Source: an uncultured Candidatus Brevefilum sp.
Lineage (GTDB): Bacteria > Chloroflexota > Anaerolineae > Anaerolineales > Anaerolineaceae
Direction: 5' to 3'
Length of the DNA stretch: 64,000 nucleotides
NCBI GenBank assembly: GCA_964558525.1
Contig: CAZLEK010000001.1
Span: 22,443 to 86,442 of the forward strand
The position numbers and the translations under genes were made by a program. Shown here piece by piece: positions 1 to 8,964 of the stretch (within the stretch, counting starts at the first letter, position 1; each line of letters begins with the position of its first letter). The notes beneath the pieces are model-generated. The model was not told the DNA's origin. It worked only from the letters and a program-made list of their open reading frames with translations, and searched no databases.

Positions 1-237
1 GGGGATCTCCAGCCAGGTCTTCCCCTTCCAGGGCAGCAGGTCTTGGTCCCAATAAACCCGGTCCGCTGTTTGTTCGGTGAGGGACTGGAAAGAATCTTTT
101 GCCAATTCTGACTTAAAGGCGATTAATGCTTTCCGAATGCTGGGGGTGTAATCAAAATGAGAGAGAATCCGGTCAATGATGAGCGGTTTGCGAGATTGTA
201 TGGTCTCCTGGGCGAAAGAGCCTTCTTCAGAGGTCAT
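1..237 (-). CDS. 5' end of a DUF89/ARMT1-like protein; the gene runs off the left edge of the window
   Basis: Not in the ORF track (no stop inside the window). A reverse-strand ATG at 237..235 opens a frame that stays open for 79 codons to position 1: MTSEEGSFAQETIQSRKPLIIDRILSHFDYTPSIRKALIAFKSEL...YWDQDLLPWKGKTWLEIP. The pattern recalls DUF89 N-termini from memory only. Confidence 0.4.
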   Translation of the reverse strand, partial: MTSEEGSFAQETIQSRKPLIIDRILSHFDYTPSIRKALIAFKSELAKDSFQSLTEQTADRVYWDQDLLPWKGKTWLEIP

Positions 238-386
238 TAAGAGGGGCGGCAGGTTTGTCATTATGGGCGTACTCCAATCATTGCATTTTCAACCGGACTG
301 GACATGGAAATAGTCCACGAAGTGTTGGAATGGTTTCAATTATCAGAAGAGTTTGTCTTTGTGTTTGAATCAATCCTGGAAGCTGA

Positions 387-1400
387 TCAAGAGGCCAGAT
401 TGATGATAACCTTAACACCTTCTCGGGCTGTTGCTGTGTCAAAGGCCTTCTTGAAATCCTCCAGGGGATATTCAGCTGTGATCAATGACTCCAAATTAAT
501 CTGGCCGTTATCAACCAACCGGATCGCTTTAGGATAGGTGTTTTTCATGCGTCTTGAAAGTTTGAGCGTTAACCCCCTGCGTCGCGCCGCGGAAGCGGTA
601 AAACAGGTCTCGTCTTTCGAGGGGATCCCAATCAGGACCACTGTCCCGCCCCGCTTTGATGCTCGAATAGCGCTTTCGACGGCCGTACCATCATCGCCAG
701 CTGCTTCAAAGGCCACATCCAGTCCGCGTCCGGTGGTGAAGGCGTTAATGGTTTCAGCTTCTTCGCCGTCCGCCAGTAAGGTGTCGGTGGCGCCGCATTC
801 ACGGGCGATTTCCAGGCGGTGGCTCAAACGATCGGTCACAAAAACCCGGGAGGCGCCAGCCAGGCGGGCCATCTGAACCGTCAGCAGTCCCACGGAGCCC
901 GCGCCAAAGACTCCCACATCCATTCCCGGAAATATTGGTCCTAGACTTAGGGCGTGGATAGCGATGCCCAAGGGTTCAAGCAAGGCGGCTTCTTGGGGAG
1001 AAAAGGATTCCGGTAAGGGGTAGATCGCCTCGCGATCCCAGGCAATAAACTCCTGCAGGCCGCCGTCTGTTTCTTCCGCACCTGCAAATGCCAGGTTAAT
1101 GCATAAATTCGGGTTGCCTTCCAGGCAAAACTCACATTTCCCGCATGGTAAGGCAGGGTCTACGGCCACAAGCTGTCCTGCATGCGGGCCTTCAGCGATC
1201 CGGGCGGAAAATTCATGCCCGAGCACGAAGGGATGCGCCAGGTTTAAGCCGCCAGTGCCCCCTTCAGTGTAATAATGTACATCCGAGCCGCAAATGCCCA
1301 CGCTGGCGACTTTGAGCAGGGTTTGGTGGTCCTGCGGGGAAGGTTTGGGCATTTCTTCCAACCGCAGATCTTTAAGATCGTAAAATTTTAGTGCTTTCAT
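387..1400 (-). CDS. Zn-dependent medium-chain alcohol/sorbitol/threonine dehydrogenase family
   Basis: 337-aa ORF with GICGSDVHYY and GHE catalytic-zinc motifs, a CGKCEFCLEGNPNLC structural-zinc cluster and a GAGSVG Rossmann motif. Confidence 0.85.
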   Translation of the reverse strand: MKALKFYDLKDLRLEEMPKPSPQDHQTLLKVASVGICGSDVHYYTEGGTGGLNLAHPFVLGHEFSARIAEGPHAGQLVAVDPALPCGKCEFCLEGNPNLCINLAFAGAEETDGGLQEFIAWDREAIYPLPESFSPQEAALLEPLGIAIHALSLGPIFPGMDVGVFGAGSVGLLTVQMARLAGASRVFVTDRLSHRLEIARECGATDTLLADGEEAETINAFTTGRGLDVAFEAAGDDGTAVESAIRASKRGGTVVLIGIPSKDETCFTASAARRRGLTLKLSRRMKNTYPKAIRLVDNGQINLESLITAEYPLEDFKKAFDTATAREGVKVIINLAS

Positions 1401-1831
1401 TCCGGTAACCTTTTTTGATAAGCTAAGTTTTGTTTACTTGATCCGTTCCAGTGTAATTATATTGTATCTTGAGCGCATGGTGATCAGTTTATCCATCGGG
1501 GCAATCACAAGATCCCCACGAAAAATTATGCTTGAAATACTTTTTATCCGAAGGGTGCTCGATGGTATCTCATCCCGACTTACCGCTCTCGCCGACGTCC
1601 TCGTTGGCGAAAAAACGCCATCCATAACTGCAAATTTCTCAATTGAAAAAATATTTACGCCTTGCTTACTCATTTCCCCGCTTCGAGGGCGTTGCAGGGA
1701 GCCAATTTATTCAACACCTCTAACTCTGCGATTGCCCTGGTTTAACCATCCTTCCTCCAAATTTGACGAGCTCATCTTGACTGATCAGTTCCATAACGTT
1801 AGAATATTGGAAATCGCTTATACGAGGCTAA

Positions 1832-2056
1832 ATGAAATTATTAGATACACCTAAAAACAAAATGGTGAGGATCGTTGATTACGAAGGGGGAAAAGGTGTG
1901 GGTTTTAAATTAAGGCAGCTTGGTTTATGTCCGGGACGCAAGGTAAAGGTTTTAAGGTTTGCCCCAATGGGCGGCCCGGTGATGATTGACATCGATGGAC
2001 GATCTGTGGCCCTTGGGCGGGGGATCGCTTCTCGGGTCAGCGTTGAGGTCGTTTGA
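1832..2056 (+). CDS. feoA: Ferrous iron transport protein A
   Basis: 74-aa SH3-like FeoA pattern (VRIVDYEGG...KLRQLGLCPGRKVKV). Its stop overlaps the feoB start. Confidence 0.85.
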   Translation: MKLLDTPKNKMVRIVDYEGGKGVGFKLRQLGLCPGRKVKVLRFAPMGGPVMIDIDGRSVALGRGIASRVSVEVV

Positions 2057-3969
2057 TGCGAATTGCCTTAATTGGACAACCGAATTGTGGAAAAAGCACC
2101 CTGTTCAACCAGGTTGCGGGGTACAAGGCTGAAACTGGAAATTTTTCAGGGACATCAGTCACTTATACAGAGAGCCAGGTGCGCTTATTGGGCACGGTTG
2201 TCGATGTCGTGGATTTGCCGGGCACGTATTCCCTGGCGGGCACCAATCCGGCGGAAAGGGAAGTGATCAAGTACCTGACCTCGAAGGCTGTGGATGTCGT
2301 GGTCAATGTTGTTGACGCGTCACACCTATCCCATGGCCTGTCCATGACGGTTGAGTTGCTTGAGCTGGGAGTCCCGATGGTAATTGCGCTCAATATGATG
2401 GATGAGGCCGACCGGCTGGGCATCCGAATTGATGTGGAAGCGCTGGAAAGGCGGTTTAATGCGCCTGTGATTCCCATGATCGCCTCAAAAGGTCGCGGGA
2501 TCCAACGATTGTTTGTAAGCGCATTCCAGGTGGGGCAAAATAACCAGACGGCAAACCAGCCGAGTTACAGTTCAGACCTTGAACGCGCTCTTGATATTCT
2601 GATAGATGACTTAAAGGGTGTTGAGAGCTACCTCAATCCGCGGGCACTGGCGATCAAACTTCTGGAGGGCGATCAGGAAGTTTCGGATTCAGCCACTGCT
2701 CAAAAACCAGACTTGAACGCTGATTTAAAGTCCATCAAGGAACTATTATTTCACCAAAGGGGCCAGTCATCTGAATGGGTTATTAACGGGGAACGTGTGG
2801 CCCTGGCTGACCAAATTGCGGACACGGTCATCAAGCAAGGAACGCGCAAGATCACCTTTCGTGATAAGCTGGATGACATTCTCCTCCATCCTGTATGGGG
2901 ATATGTTGGGCTGGTGTTGATCCTGTATTTATTCTTTCAAGCCGTTTACAGCCTGGGGGGATTAATTGAAGCGCCTTTGATGAGCGCGTTCGAAGCCCTT
3001 GAGACCTGGCTGGTTTCTTTGTTTGGGGCCAGTGAAGGCTTTTTCCAACAGGTTATTGTGGGGCTGATCCAGGGCATTTCTGGCGGCGTTGCGATTGTAC
3101 TGCCTTATCTTGTGCCTTTCCTGATTGGTTTGGGAATTCTTGAAGATATTGGCTATTTACCCCGGGTTGCCTTTTTAATGGACGCCTTGATGCATAAACT
3201 AGGGCTGCACGGAAAATCGATTGTTCCTTTTATCCTCGGATTTGGCTGTAATGTACCGGCCATTATGTCCACGCGGATTCTTGAGGATAAACGCGAGCGG
3301 TTCATTTCAGCTGCTTTATCCACGCTGGTTCCCTGTGCAGCGCGGCTGGCAGTGGTATTTGGCCTGGTTGCCTTTTACCTGGGGCCTGGGCTGGCTTTGG
3401 GGATTTACCTGTTCAATTTGTTTGTGATTGCGCTAACCGCCCGTATCCTATCAAAGATAGTGCCAGACACGTCTCCCGGGCTGATCCTGGAGATGCCTGT
3501 TTACAGGGTGCCTACCGCCCGAACAGTATTCAATAAAGCCTGGTGGCGGATCCGGGAATTCGTTGTGGAGGCATGGCCGCTGCTGATTGCCGGAAGCGTC
3601 ATTCTCTCGATTCTGAATTTTGTCAACGCAGCCTATTATTTGAACATTCTTGTCCGTCCGCTTTCGTGGGTTTTGGGCCTTCCCCACGAAGTGGGTGTCC
3701 CGTTGATTTTTGGTGTACTGCGTAAAGAATTATCACTGGTGATGTTGGGTCAAGCCCTTGGGAGCATGGATTTTGAACAGGTGTTATCTCCTGTTCAAAT
3801 GATCACCTATGCAGTGTTTGTGGTCTTTTATGTGCCCTGCCTGGCCACCATGATCGTCATCCGAAAGGAAATGGGCCGGCGGGCAATGTGGTCTATCGTT
3901 GGTATGACCACGATCATTGCAACCCTGGCTGGCTTGTTGGTCCGCGGAATTTCTGAGATCTTTTTTTAA
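2056..3969 (+). CDS. feoB: Ferrous iron transporter B
   Basis: N-terminal G domain (GQPNCGKST, DLPG, NMMD) followed by a long polytopic membrane domain. The ATG at 2056 overlaps the feoA TGA; the ORF track starts at a TTG at 2053. Confidence 0.95.
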   Translation: MRIALIGQPNCGKSTLFNQVAGYKAETGNFSGTSVTYTESQVRLLGTVVDVVDLPGTYSLAGTNPAEREVIKYLTSKAVDVVVNVVDASHLSHGLSMTVELLELGVPMVIALNMMDEADRLGIRIDVEALERRFNAPVIPMIASKGRGIQRLFVSAFQVGQNNQTANQPSYSSDLERALDILIDDLKGVESYLNPRALAIKLLEGDQEVSDSATAQKPDLNADLKSIKELLFHQRGQSSEWVINGERVALADQIADTVIKQGTRKITFRDKLDDILLHPVWGYVGLVLILYLFFQAVYSLGGLIEAPLMSAFEALETWLVSLFGASEGFFQQVIVGLIQGISGGVAIVLPYLVPFLIGLGILEDIGYLPRVAFLMDALMHKLGLHGKSIVPFILGFGCNVPAIMSTRILEDKRERFISAALSTLVPCAARLAVVFGLVAFYLGPGLALGIYLFNLFVIALTARILSKIVPDTSPGLILEMPVYRVPTARTVFNKAWWRIREFVVEAWPLLIAGSVILSILNFVNAAYYLNILVRPLSWVLGLPHEVGVPLIFGVLRKELSLVMLGQALGSMDFEQVLSPVQMITYAVFVVFYVPCLATMIVIRKEMGRRAMWSIVGMTTIIATLAGLLVRGISEIFF

Positions 3970-3977
3970 AGGCACAC

Positions 3978-4565
3978 ATGTCTGGTTTCGATCATTTCAA
4001 TCTTTTAGGCCCGGTTTACGATTTGGTTTTTGGCCGCAGGACAGATCATGACATGGTGGACTTTGCAAAAGTCGAACCAGGGCATAAACTTCTGGATGTG
4101 GGCGGCGGGACTGGACGAGTCGCCGTTTTATTCGACAAATTTCCTGAGGATGTTTTGATCGTTGATGCTGCGATGGGGATGTTGAAGCAAGCACAGGAGA
4201 AGGAGCTCCAAACGGTGAATGGAAGTTCGGAGCATTTGCCGCTGAGCGCAGGAACATTTGACCGTGTGATCATGGTCGACGCGCTGCACCACGTCAAGGA
4301 TCAGGTGGAAACACTCAATGAAACCTGGCGGGTATTGGCGCCGGGTGGTCGATTGGTGATTGAGGAGCCGGATATCCGCAATTTTTGGGTAAAACTGATT
4401 GCCCTGGGAGAGAAAATTGCCCTGATGCGCAGCCGATTTCTGCCGGTTGAAAGAATATTGGAAATTTGCCAATTTGATGATCGGGAATCGATTCAATTAA
4501 CCAGAAAGAACGGCATTGCCTGGATTATAATAACCAAGGAAAAACTAAACCATCGAGAGGAGTAA
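3978..4565 (+). CDS. Class I SAM-dependent methyltransferase
   Basis: LLDVGGGTGR motif I and a DALHH motif; 195 aa. Confidence 0.8.
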   Translation: MSGFDHFNLLGPVYDLVFGRRTDHDMVDFAKVEPGHKLLDVGGGTGRVAVLFDKFPEDVLIVDAAMGMLKQAQEKELQTVNGSSEHLPLSAGTFDRVIMVDALHHVKDQVETLNETWRVLAPGGRLVIEEPDIRNFWVKLIALGEKIALMRSRFLPVERILEICQFDDRESIQLTRKNGIAWIIITKEKLNHREE

Positions 4566-4897
4566 TGCAAATGTCAGATATTGATGTGCGTCAGACGATG
4601 CTGGATATTCCCAGTCACTTCAACGCCGAAAAAGCGAAGGGTGTTTCTGGGGTTGTTCAATGCATGTTTTCAGGCGACCAGGCTTCAGATTGGGTGATTA
4701 AAATTGAAGATCAGACTTGTCAGGTTGAAGAGGGTCAGGCTACAAATCCAGACCTGACCCTGAAAGCCGATGCAGAGGTTGGTGTTAAGGTCCTCACTGG
4801 AGAAACGGACCCGATGCGGGCCTATATGCTGGGGAAGGTTAAGGTGTTTGGCGATCTTTCCTTAGGCATGAAGCTGACTAACTTCTTCGATCTATAA
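4565..4897 (+). CDS. SCP2 sterol-binding-domain protein
   Basis: 110 aa with an SCP2-like C-terminus (PMRAYMLGKVKVFGDLSLGMKL). Its start overlaps the methyltransferase stop. Confidence 0.7.
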   Translation: MQMSDIDVRQTMLDIPSHFNAEKAKGVSGVVQCMFSGDQASDWVIKIEDQTCQVEEGQATNPDLTLKADAEVGVKVLTGETDPMRAYMLGKVKVFGDLSLGMKLTNFFDL

Positions 4898-4931
4898 TCC
4901 TTTATCAGAAGATCGTAAAACGATAACGATT

Positions 4932-4967
4932 GGGGCCGCGAGTAATCACGGCCCCGCTTTTGGTTTT
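4932..4967 (+). terminator. Rho-independent terminator between convergent genes
   Basis: GGGGCCG (4932..4938) pairs with CGGCCCC (4949..4955) and is followed by GCTTTTGGTTTT. Confidence 0.55.
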
Positions 4968-4971
4968 AGGG

Positions 4972-5319
4972 TCAGTAAAGACCCCAATCATCCCCTAATC
5001 CTTCTTCCATCATGGTTGGGTCCCAGGTTTCCCGGCCGTAATTAATTTTAGTGGGCATGTCGAGGACGGATTCTGCTTTTTTACGAGTGCTTTCCATGAT
5101 CGAAGGGCCGTAGGGGCAAAAGGGTGTGGTCAGTATCATGGTGACCACGGCGTGATCGTCTTCAATGGCAATGTTGCGAACCAGGCCTAACTGGATGATG
5201 TTCAGGCCTAATTCTGGGTCGATTATTTCTGCCAAACCCTCTTCAAGGGCTGGAACAAGGTCTGGATGGGAGTTCTCCACATCCCAAACGGGGATATTTA
5301 ATGGTCTTTCATCATTCAT
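4972..5319 (-). CDS. DUF59 (MIP18/SufT-like) Fe-S assembly protein
   Basis: IIDPELGLNIIQLGLV and TTPFCPYG motifs; 115 aa. Confidence 0.8.
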   Translation of the reverse strand: MNDERPLNIPVWDVENSHPDLVPALEEGLAEIIDPELGLNIIQLGLVRNIAIEDDHAVVTMILTTPFCPYGPSIMESTRKKAESVLDMPTKINYGRETWDPTMMEEGLGDDWGLY

Positions 5320-5322
5320 AAC

Positions 5323-5946
5323 TTATGGTTTTCCTGACGATGTTTGAATTTCGTAGATGCATTGATCCTCTCCCTGGAAGATGCAGGAGATGATCTCGAC
5401 GGATTGGCCGACATAGGCAGTGATCAGGGCCTGGTTGAGATGGCATAACTCGGGATGGTGCAGTCCGAGTTGATAGTAAGGGCATGAAAATGAGGTTACC
5501 TGGTACGCGCCGTTGTTGTTCTCCCATTCGGTAATAAACCCTTCTTCTGCCAAAATTTCTTGCAGGGCCGCCAAGCGTTCCTCAAAGGACAGATCGGAAG
5601 ACTCAATTTGGTAGTCCTTTGCAATCTCTTTCCCAATCTCCTCGAGGAAGCCTGCCAATTCTTCTTTAGACAGCATTCTTTCCAATTTCGCCAAAATGCG
5701 GTTGGTTAACCTGAGATAATTTGTGGGGAATTGTTCAGCGCCCTTGTCTGTCAGCGAATAGATGAGCCGGGGCCGACCAACGCCATGCCGCTCCTCTGTG
5801 GCGAAAATCAACTCTTCGGCTTCCAGTGTTGAGAGATGGTGCCGAATGGAAATGCCATTGATCCCAACTGCCTCAGAGAGTTCCTTGATCGTTGATCCAG
5901 GACAGGTTAGAAGGGTCTTCATGATTTTCTTACGGGTGCTATTCAT
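5323..5946 (-). CDS. Winged-helix (ArsR-like) regulator with a C-terminal four-Cys domain; SufR-like
   Basis: N-terminal HTH (STIKELSEAVGINGISIRHHLSTLE). C-terminal Cys spacing is C-x12-C-x19-C-x7-C. Sits directly upstream of the DUF59 gene. Confidence 0.6.
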   Translation of the reverse strand: MNSTRKKIMKTLLTCPGSTIKELSEAVGINGISIRHHLSTLEAEELIFATEERHGVGRPRLIYSLTDKGAEQFPTNYLRLTNRILAKLERMLSKEELAGFLEEIGKEIAKDYQIESSDLSFEERLAALQEILAEEGFITEWENNNGAYQVTSFSCPYYQLGLHHPELCHLNQALITAYVGQSVEIISCIFQGEDQCIYEIQTSSGKP

Positions 5947-6115
5947 ACTTGGCCATAATTCGATAAAAGTTATCCGATTTTATGGGTGATTTTAGCACGC
6001 CGGGTTTTGTTTTGTCAATATTTTTAACAATTATCAAAATAATTTTGGGCAGAAACGTTAAATAAATAGAGGCTGTTTCTTGATTCAGAATACAACCTCT
6101 ATCAAGGATAGTCTT

Positions 6116-6751
6116 TTATTGATTAAAATTTTTAGCGAAATTCATGATGGTTTGGGCCACCAATGCCCCAGATTGGGAACGGTGTGCGGACTGGCCCATG
6201 GGGCTGGCAGCCATCAAGGCGTCCATGATGGCTTCGGAATTGGTGTCGCCTTCTTGTTTGGATTGATAAAAAGCCAGGCCTGCCCGTAACAATTCATCGA
6301 CGCCAATTTGCTGGTTTGAGTCCTCGTTTGAGCTTTTTCCTGTTAAGCCTGACAACAGCGACCCCAGCAGCCCCGCATTGTTTTGCTCTGGCTGAGGGGG
6401 AGTTGCTGATTGGTCGACATTCATGATTCCTTTAACCAAATCGCTAATGGTTTCAGGGCTCAGATCTTTCCCTTTTAGATTGCTGGCAGCATTTGATAAG
6501 CCTTTAGCATAAAGTGCTGCTGAACCGCTCTCTGCTTGTTGTTCGACCAGTTTGCTGGCATATGCTAACTGATCGGATGCTGGCTGGTTTGATTTTTGCG
6601 ACACTGCGTTCTGGACCAGCTCAAAGATCTGGACCATATGGTCACCATGATTATGGTTGTAAGTATCGGCTGCGTTCAGATCATCTTTCTTTTGTGCCAA
6701 CTGCTGCGTGACGGTTTGAAAGATAGCATTCAAGTCGATATTTTGGGCCAT
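6116..6751 (-). CDS. Hypothetical protein, co-transcribed with the LysM gene
   Basis: 211-aa ORF whose ATG (6751) lies 1 nt after the upstream LysM gene's stop codon (6753..6755). Has a NHNHGDH motif and a Gly/Ser/Leu-rich linker. No family recognised. Confidence 0.6.
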   Translation of the reverse strand: MAQNIDLNAIFQTVTQQLAQKKDDLNAADTYNHNHGDHMVQIFELVQNAVSQKSNQPASDQLAYASKLVEQQAESGSAALYAKGLSNAASNLKGKDLSPETISDLVKGIMNVDQSATPPQPEQNNAGLLGSLLSGLTGKSSNEDSNQQIGVDELLRAGLAFYQSKQEGDTNSEAIMDALMAASPMGQSAHRSQSGALVAQTIMNFAKNFNQ

Positions 6752-6752
6752 C

Positions 6753-7295
6753 TTAGTCCTTTAAGTCTGCTGGAAGTTCAGGGATCTCAAGTTTCATCCC
6801 CGTGCGTACGTTCTTTTCGTCGCCTTTGAGAACTTCTTTATTGTGCTCAAGCAGGAATTTCCAGTAGGGCGGCGTGGCGTGATGATAGTACTTGAGAGCC
6901 ACATGGCTCAGTGTTTCACCTGCAGCAACGGTATGGGTTGTGATCAATTCAGGCTTTTGGGATTCTTCGATACGCTGTTGGCGTTCATCGAGCATCTCCT
7001 GGCGTTCTTTGGCCAATCGTTCGCGATCTTTGGCCATCATGGCTTCTAGTTTTTCTTCTAAATCCTTAATTCGTTTTTCCGCTTCAGCTGCTTCTTTTTC
7101 GGCTTCGACTTTTCCTTTGCTGGTTTGGACGTTTTTGTCCATCACTGATTTGATTGCTTCTTTCGCAGCATCGGCTTCCTGCTTTGCTTTTTCCAATTCT
7201 TCCTGGAGGTTTTTTAACTCTTCTTTTTCATCCCGGCTTGAGATTGCATCCACCGCCTTGCCAAAAATGCCTTTTTTCTTATCCTTGTCAGCCAT
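6753..7295 (-). CDS. Coiled-coil protein with a C-terminal LysM domain
   Basis: K/E-rich N-terminal two thirds and a C-terminal LysM-like block (TVAAGETLSHVALKYY...TGMKLEIPELP). Paralog of 8559..8819. Confidence 0.8.
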   Translation of the reverse strand: MADKDKKKGIFGKAVDAISSRDEKEELKNLQEELEKAKQEADAAKEAIKSVMDKNVQTSKGKVEAEKEAAEAEKRIKDLEEKLEAMMAKDRERLAKERQEMLDERQQRIEESQKPELITTHTVAAGETLSHVALKYYHHATPPYWKFLLEHNKEVLKGDEKNVRTGMKLEIPELPADLKD

Positions 7296-7627
7296 TTTTA
7301 CGTCCTTTCATAATTATTAGGTTGAATATGTTAATTATAACATTAATTCGATTGCCGATTTGGTGGTATACAAGCCAGAGGGTCAACAGAGCCTGGATTA
7401 ATGGGTAGGGCAGGCGTATGTGAATAATTCTGATCCAACAACCAGCATATCCTCCTTAAGTAACTCAGGAAAAGCGGAAAGGAGGGGTCAACCGGAGTCA
7501 GGTTATGTGCTGGAAAGCAGCCTAGGGGAAAGAGTCATCTGCAATCCCTAACCAGGAATAGCCAGAAGCAAGTAGGTAAAAGTTTCGTTTTGTTCGGTCA
7601 GGCCCTTCTCCGTTTTTCTCTGGGGGT

Positions 7628-7657
7628 TCCGCTTCACCTCTGCACCCTCCGCTTCAC
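7628..7657. repeat. 10-nt direct repeat TCCGCTTCAC x2 with 20-nt period
   Basis: Exact copies at 7628..7637 and 7648..7657, inside the ORF-free spacer. Confidence 0.6.
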
Positions 7658-8130
7658 TTCAGGTTTATGAAAGACCGGTGAGAACGAAAAAAAATAGCAA
7701 TGGATAATTGTAAAAACCTTTGGAGACCTTTCGGTTAAACAGACTCATCGCTCGGTCTCCTGACCGAGCGAGAACTCCGCCGGATATACTTGTTTCTTGT
7801 CCAAGCATTTAATTGGCAAAGAACAAAATTAAATTCGCTTGAATTTCCTATTAGAAATAATGGGTTCTTTCTCTACTGGCCGGCCTTCATTTCCTGAGGC
7901 GCGGATTATTAATATTAAACCGGGCAAATAACGGGGAAAGGCGGAAGTCGGGAAAGCGTGCATCCTGATGGAAAAGGGCAGAAACCGGTTGAGGGGAAGG
8001 GCTGATCAATGATCAGAAGAAATTGTGCGTCAGGTTAATTATGGGCGGCGATTGACCTGCGGAGAGTTGCTGGCCTTGGAAGAATTGCTGGTACAATCAA
8101 CATACTGACATCTAGACAAGGGAGTTGAAA

Positions 8131-8301
8131 ATGCGGTTGAGCCCACCCAAAAAAATCGTTTGGTATCTGTCTGTGATTTTAGGGATCATTGGCCTGGTTT
8201 TCTCGATCATTGATGTCGCTGTTATCAGCCCGCTCAGCGTTTGGATCCTGGGCGTTGGTTGGTTGTTGTTGGTCTTAGGGACGGCCTTGACAGGTTTCTA
8301 A
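8131..8301 (+). CDS. 56-aa two-helix membrane protein (absent from the ORF track)
   Basis: ATG at 8131 preceded by GGAG (8121..8124), TAA at 8299..8301. Translation: MRLSPPKKIVWYLSVILGIIGLVFSIIDVAVISPLSVWILGVGWLLLVLGTALTGF. A paralog lies at 8965..9135. Confidence 0.65.
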   Translation: MRLSPPKKIVWYLSVILGIIGLVFSIIDVAVISPLSVWILGVGWLLLVLGTALTGF

Positions 8302-8558
8302 TAGCCTGAAGAGTTTTCGAAGTCTGAAGTAATTTTTTTAAGAATCCCATAACGGCAGATCATACTGGGGTAACAGATCTGCTGTTGAGGTTTTAATTAA
8401 TCAGCTTAGCAGACACAGCAATGATCGCACATTCAGTCTGTTTGGTTTTGTGTGATGATTAATGTCGAGATCAATCACCGTCAGATTCAGTTGTTAATCA
8501 AATCATTACCATCGGTGGTTTTTGAGGTCACCGGCTGGTTTTGAGGGCCCAGAAATGG

Positions 8559-8819
8559 TTAATCCTTCAGGTCCTCGGGCAGTTCGGGAATCTCTAACGT
8601 CAGGCCTGTTCGGAGGTTCTTTTCATCTCCTTTGAGCGCGCTTTGATTATATTTGAGGATATGTTCCCAGTAGGGCGGCGTGGCATGTTTGTAATACTTG
8701 AGCGCGATATCGCTCAAGGTCTGACCGCTTTCGACCTTATGTTTGGCAATGATCTTAAGGGGACCGCCGCCCATCATCTGCCGGTTCCTTTTTTGAAGCG
8801 CATCATTCTCTTTTTTCAT
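8559..8819 (-). CDS. Small LysM-domain protein (86 aa)
   Basis: Paralog of the C-terminus of 6753..7295 (41 of the last 60 residues identical by hand alignment). The internal ATG at 8819 has an upstream GAAAGGAAA. The track's longer 8559..9089 form would overlap the conserved small ORF on the other strand. Confidence 0.7.
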   Translation of the reverse strand: MKKENDALQKRNRQMMGGGPLKIIAKHKVESGQTLSDIALKYYKHATPPYWEHILKYNQSALKGDEKNLRTGLTLEIPELPEDLKD

Positions 8820-8964
8820 CGCGTTTCCTTTCTGGTTTTGAGATTGGATGAGTTCATTATAACTGAAATATGGCTTTGATAGATCGTATTGATGTCGAAG
8901 GATTTGGCTTAGCCGTTCCAATTGAGATACAGTAAGGATAGAAAATCCATAACGAAAGGGCGCG

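Noticed and set aside
1434-1854. Overlapping ORFs of 79 aa (-) and 138 aa (+) in the spacer between the dehydrogenase gene and feoA
   Set aside because: They are mutually antisense with no RBS or motifs, and the plus ORF runs into feoA. The region is more likely a divergent promoter. I also found no convincing Fur- or DtxR-type box by eye.
7507-7522. GTGCTGGAAAGCAGCC, which resembles the GGAAGCAGCC core of SRP RNA domain IV
   Set aside because: The flanking sequence cannot form the conserved GNAR-tetraloop helix with symmetric and asymmetric loops. Only a 4-bp hairpin forms, so this is probably a chance match.
7296-7700. An expected ydaO-type c-di-AMP riboswitch in front of the LysM gene
   Set aside because: I reverse-complemented the leader and looked for the paired GGGGA-CCCA and GGGGTGAATC-type elements. 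I found only weak fragments (AAGCGGAACCCCCA, CTGACCGAAC). I have kept the region as an open question rather than a call.
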